A stretch of DNA of 64,000 nt, from NCBI GenBank assembly GCA_965248835.1, contig CBDFLJ010000001.1, forward strand, positions 64,001-128,000, in the 5' to 3' direction. The stretch is from Alphaproteobacteria bacterium (lineage in GTDB: Bacteria > Pseudomonadota > Alphaproteobacteria > MPNO01). Below, in pieces: positions 9,121 through 18,955 of this stretch (its first letter is position 1; every line of letters begins with the position of its first letter). Under the pieces are notes generated by a model, which saw nothing but the letters and a program-made list of their open reading frames with translations, did not search any database and had not been told where the DNA came from. Made by a program: the position numbers and the translations under genes.

Positions 9121-10608
9121 GTGCCGGACGCCCTGATCGTCAGGGGCGGCCTGATCGTGACCGGCGATGCGGCCGGCACGCGCCACGACCGCGCGGACGT
9201 GGTCATCCGGGGCCGCGAAATCGCCGCCATCGGCCCGGATGCCGGCGACGGCATCGAGGCGGCGGTGATCGATGCCTCCGATGCGATCGTCATGCCCGGA
9301 CTGATCAATGCCCACCTGCATTCCAACGAAGGCTTCCAGCAGGGCGGCTACGACAACTTGCCGCTGGAGATGTGGCTGGGAGAGAGCTACCCGCCCTTCG
9401 GCTTTCCGATGCTCTCGGAGCGTGACTACTACCTGCGCACGATGCTTGCCGCGATCGAATCGATCCGGTCGGGCGTGACCACGGTCCAGGACGACTACGT
9501 CCATCCCCTCGCGACACCAGAGGCGATGCACGCCGCACTCGAGGCCTACGAGGATGCCGGAATCCGCGCCTGGGTCGGCGTCGACATGTGGGACCAGCCG
9601 CTGGTCGAATGCCTGCCCTGGGCGAAAGAGATCATCCCGGCCGCCGTCCAGGGCGAGCTCGCGGCGATGCCGGCGGCCGATGCTTCCGAACAGCTCGCGC
9701 TGTTCGAGACCCAGTTCGCACGCTGGCACGGCCGTGACGAGGGGCGCATCCGCATTATCCTGGCGCCCTGCGGGCCGCAGCGCTGCACACCCGCCCTGCT
9801 GGAGGCGATTGCGGGCCTGTCCGCCGCCCACGAAATCCCGATCCACTGCCATACGCTGGAGACCCGGCTGCAGGCGGTCCATGCCGAGACCGCCTGGGGA
9901 ATGACCGCGGTCGCCTTCATGGACGGGCTGGGTCTGTTGGGCCCACGCACCACCCTGGTCCACGGCATCTGGCTCAGCGATGACGACATCGCACGGATGG
10001 CGGCGAACGGATGTTCGCTGGTGCACAACCCACTGTCCAACATGAAGCTCGGCAGCGGCGTCTGCCCGGTGCGCCGGCTGCTCGATGCCGGCATCACGGT
10101 CGCGCTTGGCACCGATGGGCTGGCAACCAGCGACACCGCGGACCTGATCGAGGCGATCCGTGCGGCCGCCCTGATCCACAAGGCCGGCATAAGCGATCCG
10201 GCCGCATGGGTCTCCGCCCGGGAAGCCTTCACGATGGCCACCACGGCCGGCGCACGGACCGGGCTGATGGCCGACCGGCTGGGCAGTCTGGAGCCCGGCA
10301 AGCAGGCCGATCTGATCCTGCTCGACCGCGGCCATTGGGGCTTCATCCCGCTTGCCGATCCGATCCGCCAGCTCGCCTTCTCCGCGACTTCGGAGGCCGT
10401 GCGCACGACGATCGTCGCCGGCCGCGTGGTGATGCGGGACCGCAGAATCCTGACGCTCGATGAGGACGCGTTGCGCGCGGAGATCCGCGAGGCGGCCGAG
10501 CGCTATTTGCGCGACGCCGTGCCGGCGATGGAAGCCGGCGCGGCGCGCCTTGCTCCCTGTTTTGCGGAGATATACCGCCGCGCCCAGGCCGCCCCGCTGG
10601 ATCTATAG
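9121..10608 (+). CDS. amidohydrolase (AtzA/TrzA/SAH-deaminase-like)
   Basis: PGLINAHLH, HCHTLE, LVHG, HNPLSNMKLGSG, LGTDG, GSLEPGKQAD. Confidence 0.9.
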   Translation: MPDALIVRGGLIVTGDAAGTRHDRADVVIRGREIAAIGPDAGDGIEAAVIDASDAIVMPGLINAHLHSNEGFQQGGYDNLPLEMWLGESYPPFGFPMLSERDYYLRTMLAAIESIRSGVTTVQDDYVHPLATPEAMHAALEAYEDAGIRAWVGVDMWDQPLVECLPWAKEIIPAAVQGELAAMPAADASEQLALFETQFARWHGRDEGRIRIILAPCGPQRCTPALLEAIAGLSAAHEIPIHCHTLETRLQAVHAETAWGMTAVAFMDGLGLLGPRTTLVHGIWLSDDDIARMAANGCSLVHNPLSNMKLGSGVCPVRRLLDAGITVALGTDGLATSDTADLIEAIRAAALIHKAGISDPAAWVSAREAFTMATTAGARTGLMADRLGSLEPGKQADLILLDRGHWGFIPLADPIRQLAFSATSEAVRTTIVAGRVVMRDRRILTLDEDALRAEIREAAERYLRDAVPAMEAGAARLAPCFAEIYRRAQAAPLDL

Positions 10609-10749
10609 CGCAGGTTCCGAACAAGCCGGATCATCCCGCGCGCCCGGCGGGCCGCTCGCGCAGATCAATCAGCGCCAAGTGATGCTTTTTGAGCCGCCGA
10701 CGCGGTGCTACAGTCAGGCTCTCGAACGAGGTCGAGAAAGGATGCGACC

Positions 10750-11370
10750 ATGGCCGATTCCGGACGCGTGGCACCCGGCCGCGCCGGTACATACGACACC
10801 GCGACGCGGGGCGTCCATCACTTGGCGCTGACCACCGAGGACATGAAGGCAACGACCGAGTTCTATGTCGAAGTCGTCGGCATGCCGCTGGTCCATGCGA
10901 TGAAGGTGCCCGAAGGCGTCGGCGTCGGGCCGGGCAACCGCGGCAACCCGCCCTACGAATGCATCCGGCATTACTTCTTCGATATGGGCAACGACAGCCT
11001 GCTCGCCTTCTTCGAGATCCCCAGGGGCGAGAAACCGCGCTCCGACCGCGATGCCATCGGCGGTATGCAGCATGTCGCCTTCGTGGTCACCGCGGCCCAG
11101 TTCGAGGCGATCCAAAAGCGCCTGGACAAGCACGGCGTGGCCTATGATGGGCCGATCGACATCATGCCCGGCATGGTCTCGATCTACTTCCTGGACCCCA
11201 ACGGCATCCGGCTGGAGGCGTGCTGCCAGCCGGCCGAGTACGAGAGCCCGGCGGTGATCCCGCTGGTCACCCAGACGAAGGCCGTGGCCGCCGAAGAGCT
11301 CGAGACCATGGGTGTCGACGCCGCATGGATCGATCGGATGACCGGGGTCCTGCCCGAAGACCGGGCTTGA
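10750..11370 (+). CDS. VOC/glyoxalase family protein
   Basis: GVHHLAL, HYFFDMG..LAFFE, MQHVAF, SIYFLDPNGIRLE. Confidence 0.88.
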   Translation: MADSGRVAPGRAGTYDTATRGVHHLALTTEDMKATTEFYVEVVGMPLVHAMKVPEGVGVGPGNRGNPPYECIRHYFFDMGNDSLLAFFEIPRGEKPRSDRDAIGGMQHVAFVVTAAQFEAIQKRLDKHGVAYDGPIDIMPGMVSIYFLDPNGIRLEACCQPAEYESPAVIPLVTQTKAVAAEELETMGVDAAWIDRMTGVLPEDRA

Positions 11371-11384
11371 GCCGCCGCCAGGCT

Positions 11385-12506
11385 CTAAAGACCCCGCGCC
11401 CAGCCGGCGATGCTCGCGACGGTTTCGGCCAGGAGTTCGGGCTGGCCGTCCATATAGTGGGTGGCGCCCTTGATCTTGCGGTAGACCTCGCGCGCGCCGG
11501 CGGCCTCGGACCACAGCCGGATGTCTGCCGGAAAGACCGCTGAGTCGGCCGAGAACTCGATGTTGAGCACCGACACCGTGGTCCGCGCCAGACAGGCCGG
11601 GCCGTCGGCGCGCGAGGCCGGCGACCACTGGCTGAGCCAGGAAGTCAGCGTGGTGAAACGCCCGACATTGTTGGCGCCGTAGTTGATCGCCTTGGGCTCG
11701 CCCCAGATCGATTCCGGCGGCCGGTCGTTGGGATCGAGCGTCAAGTCGGTGACCCGCGGATCGGCCATGGTGCGGTAGACGACGAACGCCTCATCGCGCG
11801 GTCCCTCGTCCAGCCCGCGCAGATAGCGCAACCGCGCGCGGGCGCGCGCGGTGATACGCGCGATCCGGGCGTTCTGCGCGGCCCGGACAGCGGCGACGAA
11901 ATCTGCCGAATAGGGCGGGCCATGGGCCCGGTTGTAGATGTCGAGCGCGGGATCGGCCGCGAGCGGATCGTCCTCGGCAATCATCGAGCCGTCGATCCAA
12001 GCGGCCATGACATGCATCCGCCCGGGATGGGCACCGAACAGCGCGATGCCGTCGGCCGGCGGCAGGTCCTGCGGCGCGATCTCGATCGGATCGCCCGCCG
12101 GTGTATCGGAGATCGTAAGCCCCTCGGCCTCGGCCTGGTATAGCGCCACCGTCGAGGCCCCTCCGGAATTGCCCAGCAGCGCGATCTTCTCGTAGCCTTG
12201 ATCGCGCAAGTAACCGACGCCCGCACCGAGATCCTGGATGACGCGTTCGAAGATCAGCATGCTGTCATTGCCGGCATAGCGGGTGTTGAGCGCGAGCAGG
12301 CTGACGCCGGCGGCCGGCAGATGGGACATCAGATAGTGCCCCATGAAGTTGCTGGTCGGGTGGATGACGATCGCCGCGACCCGGCGGTCCGCGGCGCGGG
12401 CCAGGGCGCCGTAGATGCGCGGCCATTTCATCATCAGCCCGGACTGGCTTTCCATCGCCCCGCCCGGCTTGACGTCGAGGACGACGAGTTCCGGTGTGCT
12501 CATCAC
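11385..12506 (-). CDS. alpha/beta hydrolase
   Basis: GNSGG nucleophile elbow, SAD, GATHY. Confidence 0.82.
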   Translation of the reverse strand: MMSTPELVVLDVKPGGAMESQSGLMMKWPRIYGALARAADRRVAAIVIHPTSNFMGHYLMSHLPAAGVSLLALNTRYAGNDSMLIFERVIQDLGAGVGYLRDQGYEKIALLGNSGGASTVALYQAEAEGLTISDTPAGDPIEIAPQDLPPADGIALFGAHPGRMHVMAAWIDGSMIAEDDPLAADPALDIYNRAHGPPYSADFVAAVRAAQNARIARITARARARLRYLRGLDEGPRDEAFVVYRTMADPRVTDLTLDPNDRPPESIWGEPKAINYGANNVGRFTTLTSWLSQWSPASRADGPACLARTTVSVLNIEFSADSAVFPADIRLWSEAAGAREVYRKIKGATHYMDGQPELLAETVASIAGWARGL

Positions 12507-12513
12507 GCGCGGC

Positions 12514-13026
12514 CTATTCTGCGGCGGCGCGGCCCTGGCGGCGGTTCCAGTCGGCCAGTTGCGCGTGGGCCTGGCTTGCCTTGACCGCCAGTTCCGCCTT
12601 GCCGGCGGTCCGGCAGGTCAGCTCGAGGCGGATGTCGTTGGGATCGAAGAAATAGATCGACTTGACGAAGCCGTGGTCGGTGATGCCCAGCACGTCAACG
12701 CCCTCGGCCTCGAGCCGCTCCTTGGCCGCGGCCAGCGCGGACTCATCGGCGACCTCGAGCGCCAGGTGGTTGACCCAGCGCGGCGTTTCCGGATCGCGCG
12801 CCGTGCCTTCGCCGTCGCCGAGATCGAAGAAGGCGACATACGAGCCGTCGGCCATCTCGAAAAAGATGTGCAGATAAGGCGAAAACTCGCCGGTGCTCGG
12901 CACATGGTCCTCGCTGATCACATGGGCGAGCGGCAGCCCCAGCACGTCCTCGTAGAAATGCCGCGTCTGTTCGGCATCCCGACAGCGATAGGCCCAGTGA
13001 TGCAGGCTCTTGATCGTTGGCATCAT
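12514..13026 (-). CDS. VOC/glyoxalase family protein
   Basis: LHHWAYRC, HIFFEMADG, NHLALEV, SIYFFDPNDIRLE. Confidence 0.88.
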   Translation of the reverse strand: MMPTIKSLHHWAYRCRDAEQTRHFYEDVLGLPLAHVISEDHVPSTGEFSPYLHIFFEMADGSYVAFFDLGDGEGTARDPETPRWVNHLALEVADESALAAAKERLEAEGVDVLGITDHGFVKSIYFFDPNDIRLELTCRTAGKAELAVKASQAHAQLADWNRRQGRAAAE

Positions 13027-13036
13027 GGTCTGTCTC

Positions 13037-14107
13037 CTAGGCCGCGTGCGGCCGTTTCCTGAAATGGGGCATGACTTCGGCGGCGAACAACTCCATCGAG
13101 GTCTTGGCCGCCGCCACGTCGGTGAGCTTGGTGTTGACCTGCATCGATGCGATGTCGAAGCCGCCGATCGCGCGCGCGTAGTCGGCGATCATATCGCGGA
13201 TCTCCGCCGGGCTGCCGACGAAGGCGGCCTTCTTCTCGCGCTGGGAGTGGACGTCCTCCTTGGACAGGACCTCGATCAGCTTGTCGTAGCCCGGGTAGTC
13301 CTTGGTGCTGGCGCCGCCGCTCCAGTCCGAGGCGGCCGCGCACAGCGTCTGAAAATAGGCCGCGACGTCGGGGCCCGCCTCGGCGATCGCCTGCTCGGTG
13401 CTCGGTGCACAATACATCATGAACGCGATCGCGACCTGGCCCTCGCCGGCGTGGCCGGCCGATCGCCACGCCTCTCGGTAGACCCCGAGAAGCTCGTTCA
13501 GCGCCGAGCCGCCGATCGGGTTGGCCATCAGGTGGAAGCCGTTACTGCCGGCATAGGCGAAGGTCTCCGGCGTCACGAGCGCCGCCACCCAGATCGGCGG
13601 GTGCGGCTTCTGGGTCGGGCGCGGCAGCGAGGTGACCTCCGAAAAGCTGTGGAACCGCCCGCTCATCGAGACCCTCTCCTCGGCGAGCAGAGCGCGGATC
13701 TGCGTCACCCCTTCCTCGTAGCGCGCACGGCTTTCGTCCAGGCTCACGCCGAACCGGGCGAACTCATGCGGCAGGAACGCGCGTGCAAGCCCGAGATCGA
13801 GCCGGCCGCCGGAGATCGCGTCGAGCAATCCGGCCTCGCCGGCGACCTTGAGCGGGTTGTTGAACGCCGGAAGCACGGCGCCGGTAACCAGACGAGCGTC
13901 CCGGGTGCGCTGGGAAGCCGCCGCCAGGAAGACCATCGGGTTGGGCGTGTACCCGCCATAGGGATTGAAGTAGTGCTCGACGGTCCGCACGTGGGTGTAG
14001 CCCAGCCGGTCGCACAGATCGACCAGCGCCAGCGCGTCGTCCCAGTAGTCCGCGGCGGTCTTCTCCTCGGGCCCCACGTTGGGGAAGAAGCTGATGCCGA
14101 ACTCCAC
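13037..14107 (-). CDS. LLM-class (luciferase-like) flavin-dependent oxidoreductase
   Basis: VEHYF..YGGY, LDAISGGRLDLG, PRPTQKPHPPIWVA, ELFAAEVMP; GTG 14107 after GAGGAGG. Confidence 0.9.
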   Translation of the reverse strand: MEFGISFFPNVGPEEKTAADYWDDALALVDLCDRLGYTHVRTVEHYFNPYGGYTPNPMVFLAAASQRTRDARLVTGAVLPAFNNPLKVAGEAGLLDAISGGRLDLGLARAFLPHEFARFGVSLDESRARYEEGVTQIRALLAEERVSMSGRFHSFSEVTSLPRPTQKPHPPIWVAALVTPETFAYAGSNGFHLMANPIGGSALNELLGVYREAWRSAGHAGEGQVAIAFMMYCAPSTEQAIAEAGPDVAAYFQTLCAAASDWSGGASTKDYPGYDKLIEVLSKEDVHSQREKKAAFVGSPAEIRDMIADYARAIGGFDIASMQVNTKLTDVAAAKTSMELFAAEVMPHFRKRPHAA

Positions 14108-14118
14108 CGCCGGCCTCC

Positions 14119-14997
14119 TCAACCGCCTAAGGGGAAGTATCGGGCGAGCCAGTCCTCGACGATGCGCCGGACCCGGACATTGTCTTCGGCCAGCATGAAG
14201 TGGTCGGTGTCGGCCGTCAGATGGAGATCGGCCGGCCGGCCGGCGCGCTTGAACAGCTCGATCGACTGCTCGGTCGGCGTCACCGAGTCCTCGGCGCTGT
14301 GCAGCAGAAGCAACGGCCGCGGCGCGATGTTGCCGACCACATCATCGGCGCGGAAATCGAACATCGACTGCGCCGTCTCGGCCGGGAACTCCTGGACCGA
14401 GTTGGCGGCCAGGTTGTTCCGCAGGTGCGGCGGGATGGGCACGATATCGTAGCGCGGCACCATCAGCGACTCGCCGGTCCGCTCGCGGTGGCGGCGGCCT
14501 TCCTCGAGCATCGCGGTGAACTTCTCCCAGGCCTCCGGGCTCGGGTGCTGGCCGCGGAACTTGCGCTCGCCGTCACCCCAGCCGCCGGAGGAAATGACCG
14601 CGGCGATCTTGTCGTGAACGCCCGCGGCATAGACCGAGACCGCGGCGCCGAAGCTCGAGCCCAGCGCGCCGATGCGATCGGGATCGACCTCCGGCCGGGT
14701 GGCGAGAAAGGCCTGCGCCGCCTTGGTGTCCTCGACCTGTTCGAGGCAGATGACACGGCCGAAATCGCCCTGGCTGTCGCCGCAGCCGCGCATGTCGAAG
14801 CGCATGCTCACATAGCCCAGATCGGTCAGCATCCGGCACGGGCCGATGCAGTTGTTGGAGGATTTGTTGGAACCGAACCCGTGCAGGACCAGGAAAGCCG
14901 GCCGCCGCTCGCCCGCGGCAAGCCCGGCGGGCAAATGGACGATGCCCGACAGCGTCAGACCCTCGGAAACGAATGTGACCGTCTGTTCTCTGGGCAT
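14119..14997 (-). CDS. alpha/beta hydrolase (S9/S15-like)
   Basis: LHGFGS, FDMRGCGDSQG, GSSFG, HSAED, TDH. Confidence 0.85.
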   Translation of the reverse strand: MPREQTVTFVSEGLTLSGIVHLPAGLAAGERRPAFLVLHGFGSNKSSNNCIGPCRMLTDLGYVSMRFDMRGCGDSQGDFGRVICLEQVEDTKAAQAFLATRPEVDPDRIGALGSSFGAAVSVYAAGVHDKIAAVISSGGWGDGERKFRGQHPSPEAWEKFTAMLEEGRRHRERTGESLMVPRYDIVPIPPHLRNNLAANSVQEFPAETAQSMFDFRADDVVGNIAPRPLLLLHSAEDSVTPTEQSIELFKRAGRPADLHLTADTDHFMLAEDNVRVRRIVEDWLARYFPLGG

Positions 14998-15057
14998 CGC
15001 CGTTCTCCCGGTTGGCGTCCTGGGCGGGGACAGCTTAACCCGGCCGCCAGGCCGGCA

Positions 15058-16077
15058 TCAGTGGGCGCGCGGACTTTTCATCAGGGATTCACGGTCGCTC
15101 GAGACGACATCGATGCGCTCCTCGTTGGCATCGCGCAGCAGCTTCATCTCGATGGTCGCCCCTGCCGGGCCGGCCTGCCAGATCCGGCGGTACATCTGGG
15201 CAATCGAGGTCACCTCGCCGTCGTTGATCGCGAGCACGACATCGCCGGGCTCGATGCCGGCCGCCGCGGCCGGACCGCGCTGGGAGATCGAGCTGATCAG
15301 CACCCGGCCGAGCGCCTGGACGCTGTAGATCCCGAGCCACGGCCGGACCGGGCCGGGCCGGCGCCCGTGGGTCAGCAGGTCCCCGACGATGTCCTTGTAG
15401 AGGTTGATCGGGATGAACATGTTGCCCGCCGACGGCCCACCCTCGGGCGAGGCATCTTGGACGAAAAGCGAGCCCAGCCCGACCAGCCGGCCGGAAGTGT
15501 CGATCAGCCCGGCGCCGCTCCAATGCGCATGCGGCGGCGCGGTGAAGATCGCTTCATCGAGCAGATATTCCCAATAGCCGGCAAATTCCCGCGTCGAGAC
15601 CACTTCGGCCTTGATCGCCTGGCCCACCCCGCCGCGGGCGGCCGCGATCAGCCACGCCTTCTCTTGCACGGTCGAGGAATCGCCCAACACGATCGGCGCG
15701 GCGCCCAGCGTGGAGGCCGCGCGCAACAGACCGAACCCGGACTCGTAGTCGTAAGCCAGCACCTGGGCAGGGGTCACCTCGGAGTCCTCGGAGCCCAGCA
15801 GAATGTGCTCGGCCTCGTTGATCAGGTAGCCGATGGTCAGGTACAGGCCATCCGAATCGACCAGGATCGCATTGCCCTCGCGCTCGGTGCCCAGATAGGA
15901 CGAGCTGAACGCGTCATCGGGCGCGACCGAGCGCAGCCGGACCACCGCGCGCAGCACCGCGGCGAGGTCGAAATCGTAGTCGGCCGGGTCAGCCCGGCTC
16001 ACATTGGCGAAATTGGGATCGACCAGATGGGACAGCGCCAGCGGTTTGTGCCCGTTCGCGTACTCTATACCGCTCAT
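15058..16077 (-). CDS. trypsin-like (S1C/HtrA-related) protein with PDZ domain
   Basis: EREGNAILV..GLYLTIGYLI, WSGAGL, RPWLGI, GPAAAAGIEPGD. Confidence 0.8.
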   Translation of the reverse strand: MSGIEYANGHKPLALSHLVDPNFANVSRADPADYDFDLAAVLRAVVRLRSVAPDDAFSSSYLGTEREGNAILVDSDGLYLTIGYLINEAEHILLGSEDSEVTPAQVLAYDYESGFGLLRAASTLGAAPIVLGDSSTVQEKAWLIAAARGGVGQAIKAEVVSTREFAGYWEYLLDEAIFTAPPHAHWSGAGLIDTSGRLVGLGSLFVQDASPEGGPSAGNMFIPINLYKDIVGDLLTHGRRPGPVRPWLGIYSVQALGRVLISSISQRGPAAAAGIEPGDVVLAINDGEVTSIAQMYRRIWQAGPAGATIEMKLLRDANEERIDVVSSDRESLMKSPRAH

Positions 16078-16177
16078 CACCCGTTCGATCGTGGCTGTTG
16101 GCTGCCCGAAGACCTCGGACAAAACCTACCATCCCGCGCAGCACGACAAAACACCAATGGACGGGATCGGGACGATT

Positions 16178-17470
16178 TCATTGCCTGCGATCGACGAAGC
16201 GCGGCGCCTTGATGGAGGACTCGAATTCCTTGGCAAGGGTGCCGAGCGCCAGCGCCTCGATCCGCGGCGCGACCTCGAAGACCCGCCGGACGCGCGCCGA
16301 CAGCGTATCCGCGGTCGCCGCCTTGTCCGCGCCGTGGCGAACCTCGATACGGACCACCAGGGTCTCCAGCGCATCGGCGTCGGTCTCCAGCACCGCCTGG
16401 AAGTCGGTCACCGCTTGATCGGCGAACATGAAGTCCTCGAACTCGGCGTGGTTGACGTTGACCCCGCGCACCTTGAAGAAGCCGGTGGTGCGGTGGGCAT
16501 GGCGGATCATCGGGAAATGGGCCCCGTAAGGCCCCTCGCTCTCGCCGTGCTCGCGGTAGCTGACGATATCGCCCGAATTCCAGCGCAGAAACGGCGTTGC
16601 GTGCCCGGTCCACAGCGGCGTGACGCAGAACGCGCCGACCTCGCCGGGGGGAAGCTGCCGTCCGGTGTCCGGATCGATGACCTCGATGTGGAACATGTCG
16701 GTCCAGATATGGATGCCGTCATGGCGTTCGCTCTCTGCGCCCATCAGCCCGGCCTCGGACATCCCGAAGACGTCGTAGACCTCGGCCCCCCAGGCGCGGC
16801 CGATCTTCTCCCGCTTGGCTGCGGACAGCGGCTCGGCGGAGCAGACCACCTTGCGCACCGGCCCGTCGGCGAGGTCTATGCCCTCCGCCTCGGCGAGGTT
16901 GGCCAGATGCAGCGCGAAGCTCGGCATGGCGATCAGGACGGTTGCCCCAAGGGTCCTGACGAGTTCGAGCTGACCGGCCGAAGGCACCGCGTTGCCGGCA
17001 CCGACCCAGCTCATCCCGACGCCGAAATCGTGCGCGCTGCGGGCCCAGACCTGGCCCGCCGGATGGATTCCGATCGGAAACGAGAGGTGGCACAGATCGC
17101 CCTTGCCGATGCCGATTGCCGGGAACGACCGGCCCCAGGACAGCAGCCCGTAGCGCACGTCATCGAAGGTCCGCGGATAGAAGACCGGCCTGCCGGTGGT
17201 GCCGCCGGAGCGCCAGTACTCGGCGATGTCCGCGGTCGGAGCGATGTTGAAGTCGGCCATGAACCCCGCGTGGTCGTATTGGCGCAGCGTCTCCTTGTCC
17301 AGCACCGGGATCTTCTGCCACACCTCCGGATCGTCCAGCCGGTCGGGATCGATGCCGTCGAGGCGGCCGCGGTACCACGGTGTCCTCGCCGCGCGCTCGA
17401 AGGCGGCGCGCTTGCGCTCGGACTGGATCTTTTCGATCTCCGCGCGCGATGCGGGCAGGGACAGGGGCAT
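16178..17470 (-). CDS. phenylacetate-CoA ligase family (PaaK-like) adenylating enzyme
   Basis: SGGTTGRP, AEPLS, FGMSEAG, RWNSGD, KVRGVNV, KAPRFVDRR. Confidence 0.85.
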   Translation of the reverse strand: MPLSLPASRAEIEKIQSERKRAAFERAARTPWYRGRLDGIDPDRLDDPEVWQKIPVLDKETLRQYDHAGFMADFNIAPTADIAEYWRSGGTTGRPVFYPRTFDDVRYGLLSWGRSFPAIGIGKGDLCHLSFPIGIHPAGQVWARSAHDFGVGMSWVGAGNAVPSAGQLELVRTLGATVLIAMPSFALHLANLAEAEGIDLADGPVRKVVCSAEPLSAAKREKIGRAWGAEVYDVFGMSEAGLMGAESERHDGIHIWTDMFHIEVIDPDTGRQLPPGEVGAFCVTPLWTGHATPFLRWNSGDIVSYREHGESEGPYGAHFPMIRHAHRTTGFFKVRGVNVNHAEFEDFMFADQAVTDFQAVLETDADALETLVVRIEVRHGADKAATADTLSARVRRVFEVAPRIEALALGTLAKEFESSIKAPRFVDRRQ

Positions 17471-17663
17471 GGGCGTCAGCCTCTCGGTGGGGTCACGCGC
17501 CTGGCGTTGACCAGGAACACACCGATCAGAATAAGCCCCATCGCCGCCCAGACCAGCGTGGTGTGCCGCTCGCCGAAGACGATCATGCCGAGAACCACCG
17601 CGAAGCCGACCGACAGGAAGAGCGACTGCGACATGTAGACCGGCCCGGCGATGCGGATCAGTT

Positions 17664-18955
17664 GGACACCTCCATTTACCTCGCGAATTTTGCCTCGTTG
17701 TGATTCTCTACGGTGGTTCGATTCGAGTGGGGGTATTGATGAGGCAGGCTGGTCTGTTCGGCTTACCGGATCATCTTCGGAAGCTATCGGCGACGGGTGA
17801 TCCGTTGGAGGTGCTGGCGCAGGTCGTCGACTTCGAGATTTTCCGCGCGCCGCTTGAGGCGGCGCTGGGCTATTCGGACGGATCGAAAGGCGGCCGCCCG
17901 GCCTACGATGCGGTGGCGATGTTCAAGGTACTGATCCTGGCCGCGCGGCACACGGTGAGCGACGAGCGGATGGAGTTTCTGATCCGCGACCGCTTGAGCT
18001 GGCTTCGCTTCCTGGGCTTCGATCTCGGAGCGCCGACGCCGGACCGCAACACCATATGGATCTTTCGCGAGCGTCTGGTCCGGGCCGGGGCGATGGATAA
18101 GCTGTTTGCCGCCTTCGATGGCGAACTGCGCCGGTGCGGCTATCTGGCGATGGGCGGGCAGATCGTCGATGCGACGTTGGTATCGGCGCCCAAGCAGCGC
18201 AACAGCGACGACGAGAAGGCGGCGATCAAGGCAGGCAAGAGGGCATCCGAGATCTGGCCCGATCAGCCGGCCAAGGCGGCGCAGAAGGACACAGATGCGC
18301 GGTGGACGGTGAAGACCGGGCGGCGCAAGAACCCCGCCGGGGCGCAACGGCGCATGCCCGACATCGCGATCCCGGTGTTCGGCTACAAGAATCATTTCGT
18401 CATCGATCGGGCCTACGGCTTCATCCGCAGCTCGGCAGTGACCGATGCCGCCCGCCATGACGGCAAGATGTTGCGTCATCTCGTCACCGGCGACAATCTG
18501 GCCGCCGGCGTGTGGGCCGACAGCGCCTATCGCTCGAAGGCCAACGAGGCGTGGCTGGCCGGCAAGGGTCGGGTCTCCCACATCCACCGCAAGAAGCCGC
18601 CGGGCCGGGCCATGCCCAAGGCGACCGCCCGGGCCAATGCCCGCAAGTCAGCGGTCCGTGCGCATGTCGAGCACGTCTTCGCCCAGCAGAAGGATCGCAT
18701 GGGCCTGTTCGTCCGTACCATCGGGCTCGAGCGGGCGGCGGCCAAGATCGGCCTCGCCAACCTGGCTTATAATTTCCAGCGTCTGATCTTCCATGAGCGC
18801 AGCGCCGCCATGGCATGAGTCCGCCCGAATAGCGCCAAAACCCTCCGCCGAGAACGAAACGGCGGAGGATTGCGGACGTCAACACCGCCGATCTCAGCGA
18901 AAGTCGGACAGCACACCGAAATCTTCGTCAAATCCCCCGGTTGTGAGAGGTCTCC
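17664..18955 (+). mobile_element. IS5 family insertion sequence, 1292 bp
   Basis: imperfect terminal repeats GGACACCTCCATTTACC / GGAGACCTCTCACAACC; AGTT duplicated at 17660-17663 and 18956-18959. Confidence 0.92.
17739..18818 (+). CDS. IS5 family transposase
   Basis: GGRPAYD, DRLSWLRFLG, GQIVDATLV, KDTDARW, ADSAY, RAHVEHVF. Confidence 0.95.
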   Translation: MRQAGLFGLPDHLRKLSATGDPLEVLAQVVDFEIFRAPLEAALGYSDGSKGGRPAYDAVAMFKVLILAARHTVSDERMEFLIRDRLSWLRFLGFDLGAPTPDRNTIWIFRERLVRAGAMDKLFAAFDGELRRCGYLAMGGQIVDATLVSAPKQRNSDDEKAAIKAGKRASEIWPDQPAKAAQKDTDARWTVKTGRRKNPAGAQRRMPDIAIPVFGYKNHFVIDRAYGFIRSSAVTDAARHDGKMLRHLVTGDNLAAGVWADSAYRSKANEAWLAGKGRVSHIHRKKPPGRAMPKATARANARKSAVRAHVEHVFAQQKDRMGLFVRTIGLERAAAKIGLANLAYNFQRLIFHERSAAMA

